The notes under the pieces: generated by a model
Told to the model about the DNA's origin: nothing
Seen by the model: only the letters and a program-made list of their open reading frames with translations
The model's database searches: none
Translations under genes and position numbers: made by a program
IMG/VR virus record: IMGVR_UViG_3300045988_149396
Location: 1-32,467 of that record
Reading direction: 5' to 3' (one strand)
Origin: a virus
DNA length: 32,467 nucleotides
Shown here: piece by piece, positions 9,086 through 18,302 of the stretch
How the letters are laid out: each line of letters starts with the position of its first letter
How positions within the stretch are numbered: the first letter of the stretch is position 1

Positions 9086-12000
9086 CAGATCAGGACCCCT
9101 TCAAGGTTGAGGTGGTGGTTAATTGCTTCTCCGACGCGGCGGCCGAATCGGTCAGGTGACATCTCGTCAGCCGCGTTGACGTGGACGTGGAGCCCACCGG
9201 ATGCTGCGGACAGCGGCGCTGAGCTTGCGGATGCAGAGAGTGCACGGTTGAGCGATGATGACCGCACGCCAAGCGAGACAGAGCCGCTGAGCGCACCAGG
9301 AGTGAGTGCCGCGCTGAGCGTACCCATTCCTGCCTCTGCTGCTTCGACCGCGGCTTCGGTCATGTCCTTGACCGCATCGACTGCCACGTCTGCGCCCTGG
9401 GTGATGCCCTCTGCGATACCCGCGGGAATCCAGATACCTACCTGGTCACGCATGACGCGAGACGGCGAGTGGATTCCTAGAGCAGACTTCACGAAGTCGG
9501 GTAGAGCGTTGACGACGCTCTTTGCGGCGTCAAGAACCGCGCCGGCGGCGTTACGGATGCCGTTAGCGATACCGCCGACAATATCTCGGCCGATGGAGAG
9601 CATCCGATCAGGGATGCCACGCACCACACCAACGATGTCGGTGCCCATCGACCGGAAGAACCCGACCACGGTATTGATACCGGCGGAGATACCGTTCTTG
9701 ATGCCCTCCCAAATGGTCGAGACAATCCGTCCGATACCACTCCAAGCGGCATCCCAGATGCTACGAATCAGATTCACAGCGTTCGTGATGATGGAGCTGA
9801 CGATATTGATCGCGCCGATAACGACGCCCTTGATGACCTCCCAAACGCCGGTGAGAATCTGCTTGATGCCTTCCCACGCGGCGCTCCAGTCACCCTTGAT
9901 AATTGCAGTCACGGTCTTGATGATGCCCACGACAATGTCGAGAGCACCTTGGACAATCGGGACGATTGCCTGCACCACGGTCGTGACCACATTCAGGACT
10001 GCTTGGATTGCAGGCACCAGGATGTCAATCAGCGTAGTGATGAGCGGGACGATTGCCTGCACCACCGAGGCGAATACAGGGATTAGCGAGGTCACAAGGA
10101 CTGCAACCACGCCAGCGACGACTCCGATGATTGTCGCGAGCACCGGAAGGAGAGCCTGGATTGCAGGCATCAGCGCAGCGAGCACCTGAGTACCCAAATC
10201 CACGACCGCCGACACAATCTGACCGAACACCGGCACCAGCTGGAGCAATATCTCCCCCAGCTGACGGAAAATATCCATGATCTGCGGGAGCATTGCCATG
10301 ACCGCAGCCCCCAGCTGAGCGAGCGCAGGAACGAGCTGAGTCATGAGCTGTTGACCAATAGGCAACAACGCCTGAACAATCTGTGTTCCGAACTGGATAA
10401 CCATCGGGATTAGCGGGGCCAGATGTTGCCCAATCTGTCCGAGTGATTCCATCAGCGCCGCACCCATCTGCCCCAGAATCGGCATGAGCGCCATGATTGC
10501 TTGACCGATGAGCGGGATAAGCCTGTCGATGACTGGCTGGACAGCCTGGACAACCTCGGTGAATAGCTGGGTTGCCATGGCTGCGAATCGCTGCAGGGCG
10601 GGGATGATGAGCTGGAGCGCTGGCTGAAGCGACTGGATGAGCTTCTCGCCCAGCTGACCAATGAGCGGCAGGATTGTGTTCAGTGCGGGCTGGATTGCCT
10701 GCATGAGCTGTTGCCACATCTGACGTCCGGTCTCAGTCTGAGTGAAGAACGCTGTGAGTGCTGTGCCGGCAAGGACCAGGCCACCAACTACCGCCATAAT
10801 CGGGTTTGCTTTCAGAGCGCCAAGGAAGGTGCTAAGTGCGCCTGACGTTGCGGAGACAACTGCCTGGTATGCGGCGGTTGCGACCGAGGCGGCCTTCAAC
10901 GCTGCGGCTTTAGCGTGGAATGCTCCCGCGCCAATCTGTGCTTCGCGTGACAGCTTCGCTACTTCAGCTGCAGTGCCGGCACCCGATGCAACGAGGCGGT
11001 ATCCTTCTGCGACGGCATCGAAGGAGCTCTTGAGCTTCCCTACTGCGCCGGCGGCGGTCTGGTACGACTCGAGAGCAAAGCGTCCAGCATCGACGGCGCG
11101 GGAGGCGGTATTGTACGCACCAACGGCACCGATGACGGCGGTTGCCATTGCAGTCACGGCTTCGGGGTTGCGGTTAATAGCGTCGGTTAGGCGACCCAGG
11201 GCGTTAGCGGCTAGGTCTGCTAGACCGGTGATTGCATCAAATGGGTTCCTTAGGTTCAGTGCGCTGGTGCTGGCGCCACCGAATGCACGGACGAGTTTCT
11301 GTAGAGCAGTCGCGATGGCGAAGATGATTTCTTCGAATCTGTACCATACCGTGGAGAAGGCCTCCCCGAGCGGCGGCAGGATAGCGCCGAGCGTCTTTCC
11401 TACGCTCATCACGAGCCCGCCAATGGACGGGCCAACGATAGATGTCCAGTGTGAGATGACCTGGACTGCGTATTCCATCGCACTGCCAAGCTTCTCGCCG
11501 ATAGTCTTACCCATCGCCTCGACAGGCTTCATCCACTGCTGGAAGGAGAGAAAGAACTTCGTCAATACGGGGTAGACGCCAGAGAGGACGTTCGCGCCGA
11601 AACGGCCTAGTGCAGCCTGTGCGTTGGCGAACGCACCGGGGAGCGTGTTGCCCATTTCGAATGCGACGTTGCCGGCTGCGGAGGTCATCGCCTTCTCGAA
11701 CTGGTCGAACCCAATCTTACCGTCAGAGGCCATCTTGAAGACTTCCTCGGCCGTCACGCCAAGCTGCTTAGCGAGCGCCTGGTAGACCGGGATTCCTCGG
11801 TCTGCGACCTGGGCGAGGACGTCGTTCTGAGCCTTGCCGGTGGATGCTACCTTCGCGTAGATTCCGCCCATTTCCTCCATGCTAGAGCCTGATGCCGCAG
11901 CCGAGTTCGAGACGGACTTAAGGACGGCTTCGAGCTGCTCACCCGGCTGGATACCAGCCGCCACCGCGCCAGCTGCGGCGGTTGCCGCCGCGTCCAGACC

Positions 12001-12357
12001 GAACGCGGTGCCCTTCACGGATGCTGAGGCGTTCTGCATGATGACAGACACCGCGTCAGCGTCGTTGCCCAGGCCTCGAAGTTTAGCCTGGGCAACGTCA
12101 ATCGCTTTCAGACGATTGAAGCCCTTGCTGAAAGCGGTGCCGAACACCGCTCCCAGCGAAAGCCCTGCCAGCGCCTTCGTGACCACGCCGCCGATGGCAC
12201 CGCCGAAGAGACGACCGAACGCACCAGAAGCCTTACTGCCTGCTTCGCTACCGGCGCGTTCGCCCGCAGAGCCAATCTCGGAGATAATCTGAGCGCCGGC
12301 TCCCTTAGTCGATGCGATGACCGATACATAGGCCTTCGCAAGCTCGTACCCTGCCAT
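9085..12357 (-). CDS. Tape measure protein
   Basis: 1090 aa. Ala/Gly/Leu-rich repetitive helical and hydrophobic middle region. Sits between the chaperones and the tail tip. SD TAGGAGACAGAT. Confidence 0.9.
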   Translation of the reverse strand: MAGYELAKAYVSVIASTKGAGAQIISEIGSAGERAGSEAGSKASGAFGRLFGGAIGGVVTKALAGLSLGAVFGTAFSKGFNRLKAIDVAQAKLRGLGNDADAVSVIMQNASASVKGTAFGLDAAATAAAGAVAAGIQPGEQLEAVLKSVSNSAAASGSSMEEMGGIYAKVASTGKAQNDVLAQVADRGIPVYQALAKQLGVTAEEVFKMASDGKIGFDQFEKAMTSAAGNVAFEMGNTLPGAFANAQAALGRFGANVLSGVYPVLTKFFLSFQQWMKPVEAMGKTIGEKLGSAMEYAVQVISHWTSIVGPSIGGLVMSVGKTLGAILPPLGEAFSTVWYRFEEIIFAIATALQKLVRAFGGASTSALNLRNPFDAITGLADLAANALGRLTDAINRNPEAVTAMATAVIGAVGAYNTASRAVDAGRFALESYQTAAGAVGKLKSSFDAVAEGYRLVASGAGTAAEVAKLSREAQIGAGAFHAKAAALKAASVATAAYQAVVSATSGALSTFLGALKANPIMAVVGGLVLAGTALTAFFTQTETGRQMWQQLMQAIQPALNTILPLIGQLGEKLIQSLQPALQLIIPALQRFAAMATQLFTEVVQAVQPVIDRLIPLIGQAIMALMPILGQMGAALMESLGQIGQHLAPLIPMVIQFGTQIVQALLPIGQQLMTQLVPALAQLGAAVMAMLPQIMDIFRQLGEILLQLVPVFGQIVSAVVDLGTQVLAALMPAIQALLPVLATIIGVVAGVVAVLVTSLIPVFASVVQAIVPLITTLIDILVPAIQAVLNVVTTVVQAIVPIVQGALDIVVGIIKTVTAIIKGDWSAAWEGIKQILTGVWEVIKGVVIGAINIVSSIITNAVNLIRSIWDAAWSGIGRIVSTIWEGIKNGISAGINTVVGFFRSMGTDIVGVVRGIPDRMLSIGRDIVGGIANGIRNAAGAVLDAAKSVVNALPDFVKSALGIHSPSRVMRDQVGIWIPAGIAEGITQGADVAVDAVKDMTEAAVEAAEAGMGTLSAALTPGALSGSVSLGVRSSSLNRALSASASSAPLSAASGGLHVHVNAADEMSPDRFGRRVGEAINHHLNLEGVLI

Positions 12358-12366
12358 ATCTGTCTC

Positions 12367-12777
12367 CTAGATGATGGTTGTTGAATCGGTGATGTCTGTG
12401 CCGGTGCCGGCGCGGCGCTCAGCGGCCCAGTGGCGTGCTTCATCAAGCGACATAGTGCCAGAGCCAAGCTGCTTCGTATTTCCGCTCTTCACCCCTGGCC
12501 GTGGAATCGGGTCCGGTCGAGAACGGCCCTTCTGCCCGTCCTCAGTCCTCTGCCAATTCGCTTCTGCAAGACGATCAAAAATGCCGGCAAGGAGTTGATC
12601 TTGCAGCCCCCATCCTTGAGCGAGTTCCCTCATGAGGGCGGAGTTATCAGGCAGGTGTACAACCATAGCCGCGGTGAGGCGGGGACCGTAGCGAGCGAGC
12701 AGTTCAGCGAAGCGTGCTCCGTAGAACCGGATGAGGTCAATCTCGATCAGCTCGCGATGCTCCCGCAGGAGCTTCAC
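12367..12777 (-). CDS. Tail assembly chaperone, downstream (-1) frame; probably made as a fusion with 12783..13106
   Basis: This frame is open from 12813. The only in-frame start is GTG 12777, which has no SD. It is in the -1 frame relative to the upstream chaperone, and a slippery heptamer is present. Confidence 0.7.
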   Translation of the reverse strand: MKLLREHRELIEIDLIRFYGARFAELLARYGPRLTAAMVVHLPDNSALMRELAQGWGLQDQLLAGIFDRLAEANWQRTEDGQKGRSRPDPIPRPGVKSGNTKQLGSGTMSLDEARHWAAERRAGTGTDITDSTTII

Positions 12778-12782
12778 GAGCG

Positions 12783-13106
12783 TCAGAAGTTTGGGTTCAG
12801 CGCATGCATAAGGTCAGTGAAGAACGTGGTGTAATCACTCATCTTTGTAATACCGGTCTCCTGGTCGCGCAGAGCTTCCATAACTTCCTTACGCTGTGAT
12901 TCACCCAGCAAAGCACGGATCGCGGCAAAAATTCCTTTGGGGTTGCCTTCGTCCAAGGCGATTAGGGATTCCATCAGTTCCGCATCGTCAAGTGCTGCGC
13001 TGTTGACTTCCCAGTCACGGCCGCGCAGGTGCACGATAACTCGGTCCTGGCCGCCAGCTTCCTTGTGGTCGGTGAGGTTGATTGCTGCCTTGCGCTTCTT
13101 ACCCAT
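12783..13106 (-). CDS. Tail assembly chaperone (short product)
   Basis: 107 aa, acidic. Located between the major tail and TMP genes. Confidence 0.75.
   Translation of the reverse strand: MGKKRKAAINLTDHKEAGGQDRVIVHLRGRDWEVNSAALDDAELMESLIALDEGNPKGIFAAIRALLGESQRKEVMEALRDQETGITKMSDYTTFFTDLMHALNPNF
12789..12795 (-). promoter_or_regulatory. -1 programmed frameshift slippery heptamer C CCA AAC
   Basis: Zero frame reads CTG AAC CCA AAC TTC TGA. The X XXY YYZ phasing is correct. After the slip the frame reads CCC AAA CTT CTG ACG CTC GTG and continues into ORF 12367..12777. Confidence 0.7.
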
Positions 13107-13188
13107 GTCGTTCCTTCTGTCTGTTGTAGTTGATATCCCCGGTGCGGGCGAGGTACTAAAACCTCACCTGCACCGGCTCTAGGCTTAA

Positions 13189-13713
13189 TTACTTGCTACC
13201 AAGATGCAGATATGCCTTTACACCCGCGCTGTCCGGGTAGCACGTGACGGTAATTTCATAGCCAATCACTTCGCCCTTGTAATTGACATCGCCGCGCTCT
13301 GTAACCTGGCCATCAGGAATCGTCACGCGGATAATCTTGTCGCCGTCCAGGACGTCAAAGACTCCAGAGAAATGAGGCGACTGGTTGCCGGTCATCTTGA
13401 CCAAGGAGGACGTCGCCGTGGGATCGGCGTAGTAAAGACGCAGAACTTCCTCGTTGGTCTCAATCAAGGTCATTTTGAAGCTGACCTTATGGGAAGTCTG
13501 AATCACGCGGACAACGTCACCGTTCTGCCACGCCTTAATCTCCGTAGTGTCAGAGTCAATCGTCTGCGCCACACCATCATCAGAGATGTAGCCAAGATCC
13601 TTAAACTTCTGATCTACAGGTGCAGACGCGCCATTCGGCAGGGGCGTCTTCAACGGACCGGTGTAGAACGCGCCGTTGATGCCCACGCGCACATTGGCTG
13701 CAATGTTCGCCAT
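13189..13713 (-). CDS. Major tail protein
   Basis: 174 aa. Located upstream of the chaperones. The sequence looks beta-rich, as in siphovirus tail tube proteins. Confidence 0.75.
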   Translation of the reverse strand: MANIAANVRVGINGAFYTGPLKTPLPNGASAPVDQKFKDLGYISDDGVAQTIDSDTTEIKAWQNGDVVRVIQTSHKVSFKMTLIETNEEVLRLYYADPTATSSLVKMTGNQSPHFSGVFDVLDGDKIIRVTIPDGQVTERGDVNYKGEVIGYEITVTCYPDSAGVKAYLHLGSK

Positions 13714-13734
13714 TGGGGGTTCCTTTCGTTGAGG

Positions 13735-14142
13735 TTATTTCAATGTGTCAACGACAGTGCCGCGGCAGATGGCCTGCCAGTTCTGTCGAAAACGGGGAAC
13801 GTCGGCGTCAGGGTCTGGCATCCACACGATTCCACCCAATGGAGAGATGGAGTAGACCAGAACCTCATCGCTGACGTTATTCTTCGTTGCACGCAAATAC
13901 GCGCTTGCTTTCTCAGCGAGCGCGTATGCTTCGCTCTCCCGGTCTGCCCACACGTCGAGGATCATTGACCGTGATGCGTGGGTGACTGATTTCTCGTCGC
14001 CGCCTGATGGGGTGATGACGATGAATTTGTCGGGACGGGGATTGGGGACACGCGCGACGTAGACAGGCGCGTTGAGGTGGGTGGCGAGGATGCTGCGGAT
14101 GCGGCTATAGACGTCTCCGTATTGGATGACTTCAGCTGCCAC
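13735..14142 (-). CDS. Tail terminator / tail completion protein (by position)
   Basis: 135 aa. GTG start overlaps the upstream TAG by 1 nt. Last gene before the major tail. Confidence 0.5.
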   Translation of the reverse strand: MAAEVIQYGDVYSRIRSILATHLNAPVYVARVPNPRPDKFIVITPSGGDEKSVTHASRSMILDVWADRESEAYALAEKASAYLRATKNNVSDEVLVYSISPLGGIVWMPDPDADVPRFRQNWQAICRGTVVDTLK

Positions 14143-14396
14143 TATTTGCTACCTCCCCACCCTCCGACTGCCTTGGACAGCGCGCCGTTCTTTGCTTCGG
14201 CTCGCATACCTTCCTTGCCGTTAGGCCAGACGCGGGCGACCGCCGTTTTGGGTCCTGCCTTAACTCCTGAGGAGAAACCGTCACCGGCGCGGTTGCGGAT
14301 TTCTCCCGCCTTGGCGGAGAGGATTGCTTGCATCTCGGGTGAGGTGCGGAGAGTATAGAAGCCCGCCAGGTTGAGCTCAACTTTCGCTTTACCCAT
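14142..14396 (-). CDS. Neck / head-tail joining protein (by position)
   Basis: Start moved to ATG 14396 (MGKAKVELNL...) with SD GGAGGGGTAACAGC. 84 aa. Confidence 0.5.
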   Translation of the reverse strand: MGKAKVELNLAGFYTLRTSPEMQAILSAKAGEIRNRAGDGFSSGVKAGPKTAVARVWPNGKEGMRAEAKNGALSKAVGGWGGSK

Positions 14397-14400
14397 GCTG

Positions 14401-14736
14401 TTACCCCTCCGTTTGTTGTAGGTTGATTCGGTAGCCGGCAGGGAAGCCGAACGGACCATGGGTGAAGTCTTCGGGGGAGCCGATGACTTCATAGGTTTCG
14501 CCTTCGATGACGACGCGGTCGCCGGGGCGGGCGAACCCTGTTGGGGTGTAGAGGTCTAGGTCTCGGCGTACACCAGACCCGATGTCCCTTATTTCTGTGT
14601 CAGGTGACGGCGGTGCCCAGCCGAAGACCTCGACCTCGACCGGGTCGTCCCACACGGAGTGTTTGGTACCCCAGCTGTCCTCTGCGTCCTCAGTCCTCGC
14701 CAAGTGCTGAATCAGGAATCGCTGAGTAAGCCACAT
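14401..14736 (-). CDS. Head closure / head-tail adaptor protein
   Basis: Start ATG 14736 with SD GGGAGGGG. The C-terminal GDRVVIEGETYEVIG motif is typical of head-tail joining proteins. Confidence 0.6.
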   Translation of the reverse strand: MWLTQRFLIQHLARTEDAEDSWGTKHSVWDDPVEVEVFGWAPPSPDTEIRDIGSGVRRDLDLYTPTGFARPGDRVVIEGETYEVIGSPEDFTHGPFGFPAGYRINLQQTEG

Positions 14737-15124
14737 TCGGCCCCTCCCGTCGGTTGCTGAGCATGTCGTAGGTGCTGAATGTCTGCGTGCCAATACCCAG
14801 TAGCTTCTTATCCGCCTTCGTCAGGTATAGGTCTCCGTTCGGGTTGGCAAACGTGACCTGCTGGTTGAACGGACCTGCGGTTTGGCTCAGCGACGATGCC
14901 CCGTCGATGAGTTGGCCGGCAGACATGCTGCGCTTGACCATGCGGCACGCGACGATTGCGATTGCATCTGGGTCGAGGTCTTCCCAATTAGGGGCAACCG
15001 CTCGGATGTACACCCCTGCGTCCTCCAGGAGCACCTCTGCGTGAGAGTCTGCTCCTGGAGGCATGTCAGGCCAGCGGGCACGTAGGTCGTCGGCAGTCAG
15101 CTGAGGGAATCGAGAGACTGCCAT
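14690..15124 (-). CDS. Head-tail connector protein (gp6-like by position)
   Basis: 144 aa. Immediately downstream of the capsid gene. Confidence 0.55.
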   Translation of the reverse strand: MAVSRFPQLTADDLRARWPDMPPGADSHAEVLLEDAGVYIRAVAPNWEDLDPDAIAIVACRMVKRSMSAGQLIDGASSLSQTAGPFNQQVTFANPNGDLYLTKADKKLLGIGTQTFSTYDMLSNRREGPNVAYSAIPDSALGED

Positions 15125-15129
15125 TGTGC

Positions 15130-16038
15130 CTACAGGGTGTACTTGACGAAGTTTGCGGCGTCTGCGATTGCCCAGCCGAACTCAGCCTCGGCGCGAATCG
15201 CCACGAGGTTGTTCTCGAACAGAGAGACGAGTTCACCGTTGATGGTCACAGCTGACTCGGTGGAGATGTCGAAGTTGATACCGCCGACGGTGCCCCAGAT
15301 TGCCTTCGACCAGTCACCACCGATGCCGACTACAGAGCCGGCGGCGGTGCCATTTGCGACGGTGTCCGAGAACGCTGCGGGGCGACCGAGCACGGACCCG
15401 GAGCGGACGGTGGACGCGGTGTCGTTGATGGGGTCAGCAATGAACAGGGGACGGCCGTTGACGTCCACGCTCGCGTTGAAGATGGGCTCGGTCATATCGT
15501 CGAAGACAAAGCCTGACAGCTTCTTCTTATCCTTGACCAGCAGGTCCAGGCCGGCGTTGATGTCAGCAAAAACGCCACCCTTTGCAGAGGCGTTGGTGCC
15601 AATCTTGACAGTCTTGGTGGTTGCTGCGAGGTGGGTACCCGCGCCGAAGGGGCTGTTGGTGCCGTGGATAACGGCTGCATCGAATGCCTTTGCGAATGCC
15701 TCTGCGATGTCTGCGCGCAGAATCTCGACGTAGTTCGCAGGGTTCGCGCGAATGACCTCAGCGGAAACGACTGCGATAGCAGTAAGCTTCTTCGGGGTCA
15801 TGGTCTTCAGACCCATGCCGTTCTTCGTGACGTGCTTCTTTGCGGTTTCGGCGGTCCAGCTAGCAGTCGGCTTCTCGGTCACCATCGGGACCTCAATGCC
15901 GCGCTCAGACAGCGGCACCTGGCGCGCCAGACGCTGGACGACCGACGACCGACGTGCCTCTTCAAAATATGCCTGCGCGAGATCCGGCTTAATGAAACCG
16001 GACAGGTCGCTCAGCTTAGTAGCGGCGGTAATTGCCAT
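15130..16038 (-). CDS. Major capsid protein (HK97 fold family)
   Basis: 302 aa. Follows the scaffold gene. Length and composition fit HK97-type capsid proteins. Confidence 0.85.
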   Translation of the reverse strand: MAITAATKLSDLSGFIKPDLAQAYFEEARRSSVVQRLARQVPLSERGIEVPMVTEKPTASWTAETAKKHVTKNGMGLKTMTPKKLTAIAVVSAEVIRANPANYVEILRADIAEAFAKAFDAAVIHGTNSPFGAGTHLAATTKTVKIGTNASAKGGVFADINAGLDLLVKDKKKLSGFVFDDMTEPIFNASVDVNGRPLFIADPINDTASTVRSGSVLGRPAAFSDTVANGTAAGSVVGIGGDWSKAIWGTVGGINFDISTESAVTINGELVSLFENNLVAIRAEAEFGWAIADAANFVKYTL

Positions 16039-16064
16039 GAGCTACTTTCCTTTCTAAGGGTTGG

Positions 16065-16523
16065 TTAGTTGATTCCCAGCGCGGCTTTCAAGCCCTCAAC
16101 GAGCGGGTCGCCGTTCAGTGCGACTGCGGACGGTTCGCCCTCGGTGCGAATCACGGTGCGAGGTGCCGCTGGCTTGGTAGATAGGAGACTCTGCAGCTGG
16201 GCTGCGTGCTCTTCGAGAGCTTCCCTCGTATCACCTCGGAGCGCGTCAGCAGGCACGCCGTATTCAGTGGCGAGCGCATCACGCCACGAGCGGACCTCAT
16301 TTGCATGGGTGAGCTCTGCGATTTTTGCCTCAGCAGCCTCCGCGCGAGCGGTGAGCTCTTCAACGGCGCCAGCCTTTTCCTTTAGGTCGGCATAGTCTGC
16401 GTACTTTTCGCGTTCACGGCGGAGGCGGGCGGCGAGCACGCTGTTGAGCTGGTCCTGCGAAGTGATGGGGGTGAACCCGGTGGTTTCGCTGGTCTGCGGC
16501 TCGGTGGTGACGTTGTCGGTCAT
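16065..16523 (-). CDS. Capsid scaffolding protein
   Basis: Start moved to ATG 16523 (MTDNVTT...) with SD AAAGGAGACTCA. 152 aa, Glu/Ala/Arg-rich helical. Directly upstream of the capsid gene. Confidence 0.7.
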   Translation of the reverse strand: MTDNVTTEPQTSETTGFTPITSQDQLNSVLAARLRREREKYADYADLKEKAGAVEELTARAEAAEAKIAELTHANEVRSWRDALATEYGVPADALRGDTREALEEHAAQLQSLLSTKPAAPRTVIRTEGEPSAVALNGDPLVEGLKAALGIN

Positions 16524-16627
16524 TGAGTCTCCTTTAACGGAACCGTCCCGTGGAGCGGTGTGCTTCACGGGACGTTAACTATGTGGTTATCCAGGCTATG
16601 CCCCGCCTGTTGGGGGAAATCTTGGGT

Positions 16628-16669
16628 ATAGGTTGCCCCCGCACCTGCAGTGGTACGGGGGCAACCTAT
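16628..16669 (-). terminator. 14-bp GC-rich hairpin after the 78-aa ORF (no U-tract)
   Basis: ATAGGTTGCCCCCG (16628..16641) pairs with CGGGGGCAACCTAT (16656..16669). The 14-nt loop contains CTGCAG. A second 9-bp hairpin lies at 16544..16574. Confidence 0.4.
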
Positions 16670-16676
16670 TGTCTAT

Positions 16677-16913
16677 CTAAAGGTCTGGGTTTTTGGGGAT
16701 AAGAACCTCACCAGCTGCGGTGCGCTCATCATACTCGCGTGCGATAGTACGCATTTGGACATGCGACCCCCGCTTAAAGCGCTCCTCAAGAACCCACTGG
16801 CGTTTCATGGCTTCAGCCTTATTAGCTGGTGTCGGCGGCGTAATCTTAGTTACGCAGAATGTAATGGGATCGCTCAGTGTCGGAGGAGCTAGAAGGGATT
16901 TTTCAGGTTCCAT
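16677..16913 (-). CDS. Hypothetical 78-aa protein (candidate ART immunity or moron gene)
   Basis: ATG lies 10 nt after the MuF-ART stop. The SD is weak (GAGG 12 nt upstream). The gene is more AT-rich than its neighbours and is followed by hairpins. Confidence 0.4.
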   Translation of the reverse strand: MEPEKSLLAPPTLSDPITFCVTKITPPTPANKAEAMKRQWVLEERFKRGSHVQMRTIAREYDERTAAGEVLIPKNPDL

Positions 16914-16922
16914 ACAAGTATT

Positions 16923-18302
16923 CTACCTCGCCCTCCCTGCTAACTCTGCAAGCACGGTCCAGGTACCGTTTCTCTCCCACGTATCAAGGATTTTTAATTT
17001 GCTCATCCTTGGTAGCAGAACTTCCCCTTGTGCAGCATATTGTGAATGTTTCCACAACGGAGCCGCTGTTGAACCAGCCCTTATGAGGACTCGGAGGGAC
17101 ACTCTCTGCTCATCATCCACATACACTAGCTTTGAGATCGAAGATGCCATATACGGCTTTACATCAATCATGGCCCCAGGCAAAGAGAGTAGCTCTTCAG
17201 TAGTCTTGACGCCCAACCCAGAGATTGGGTGTGCCCGCTCTACCGTGTAGTCCTCCTCAGCAATAGCAGCGGCAATCGCCGCGTCCAGAGCATCCACGAC
17301 TTGCTGAAGGACCCCATCAGTATCTGTTCGACGACCGAGCAAAAACTCCTGCACCGCTCGATACATGGGTAACTTTTCGCTGTACTCTTCTTCAGCCCAG
17401 GCGCGTAATGCGCGGGCTGCCTCGCCCGAGTACCATGCTTGAATTTTGTTTGCCCAGACAGCACGTGGTTCCAAGGGCGAACCGTCCCATGTCTCTACAT
17501 CAACCCGAGGTCGTAGCTTCTGCCTGCCGCCTTTGGAACGTACAAGCTCTGGGAACATCGCTTCAAACTGGCTAATGATTTGCTTTTCACGAGATCTTTC
17601 ATTACCCGGCCTGGAGGCTCCCTGAACCTCTAGTTTCATTTCTGCGGCCTTCCACTTTTCGAGGTAAGCCGCTGGATCATACCTGCTGATTTTTAATGTG
17701 CTGTCACCCCATGATGGGACGACCATACATCGGCAATGCGGATGAAAGCGCTTCGTGGCGCCGGCAGAATCAGCTGACCTGTAGACAAAGCCCTTCGACG
17801 CCAGCATAATGCAGAAACCACATTCTCTATTGCCGCGAGGTACGCGGGCGAATCGCGGGCGGTGAGGGTCTTTATCCCCCGAGATACGGATGCTACGACG
17901 GGCGCTGTCCACGATTCGTTCATCGGCCAGATTTTTCAATCGGCTCCTGAGCTTTACCGGCCCCTCATCTTTTGCTGCAGACTGCGCTACAACTTTCTGC
18001 ACCATCTCTGAAATTTCGTCGAGGCTGTACCCCTCAAACAGTGCCCCAGTGTACTCCGCTAATTCAAGGTCTGCAGCGGCACGGCGGGACAGATACCATT
18101 CCCGGCCAATTTCTGCAGCTGCCAGGCCGAACTTCTCGAGCACGGCCATGAGTGCTACCTCAGCTGCGGAGGCAGTCGCATCAGGCGTCTTGTCCGCCGC
18201 AGCCATGAGCTTCTCGAAGGTCGCAACGCCTGAATGTGCAATCTGTTCTAGCTGCCGAGTGAACGAGTTAATCTCTCGACGTGCCTGCTCCGCGTTGGTC
18301 AT
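16923..18302 (-). CDS. MuF-like minor head protein fused to a C-terminal ADP-ribosyltransferase domain
   Basis: 459 aa. The MuF/SPP1 gp7 Zn motif is C161-x2-C164 ... H-P-H-C190-R-C192. The C-terminal domain has YMASSIS (S386/S387) and QGEVLLPRMSKLKI (Q425-x-E427), typical of C3/VIP2-type ARTs. R315 (MYR) or R356 (VER) could be the catalytic Arg. Confidence 0.8.
   Translation of the reverse strand: MTNAEQARREINSFTRQLEQIAHSGVATFEKLMAAADKTPDATASAAEVALMAVLEKFGLAAAEIGREWYLSRRAAADLELAEYTGALFEGYSLDEISEMVQKVVAQSAAKDEGPVKLRSRLKNLADERIVDSARRSIRISGDKDPHRPRFARVPRGNRECGFCIMLASKGFVYRSADSAGATKRFHPHCRCMVVPSWGDSTLKISRYDPAAYLEKWKAAEMKLEVQGASRPGNERSREKQIISQFEAMFPELVRSKGGRQKLRPRVDVETWDGSPLEPRAVWANKIQAWYSGEAARALRAWAEEEYSEKLPMYRAVQEFLLGRRTDTDGVLQQVVDALDAAIAAAIAEEDYTVERAHPISGLGVKTTEELLSLPGAMIDVKPYMASSISKLVYVDDEQRVSLRVLIRAGSTAAPLWKHSQYAAQGEVLLPRMSKLKILDTWERNGTWTVLAELAGRAR

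Noticed and set aside
8909-11575. Long plus-strand ORFs (8909..10189, 426 aa; 10742..11575, 277 aa) inside the tape measure region
   Set aside because: They are antisense to a 1090-aa ORF with clear TMP character and an SD. They are Ala/Thr/Ser/Pro/Arg-rich, as expected for off-frame translation of GC-rich DNA. No SD or coupling signals are present.
16693-17250. 185-aa plus-strand ORF spanning the 78-aa ORF and the ART domain region
   Set aside because: The opposite strand encodes recognisable ART catalytic motifs in frame with the MuF domain. The plus-strand product has no motif and no SD.
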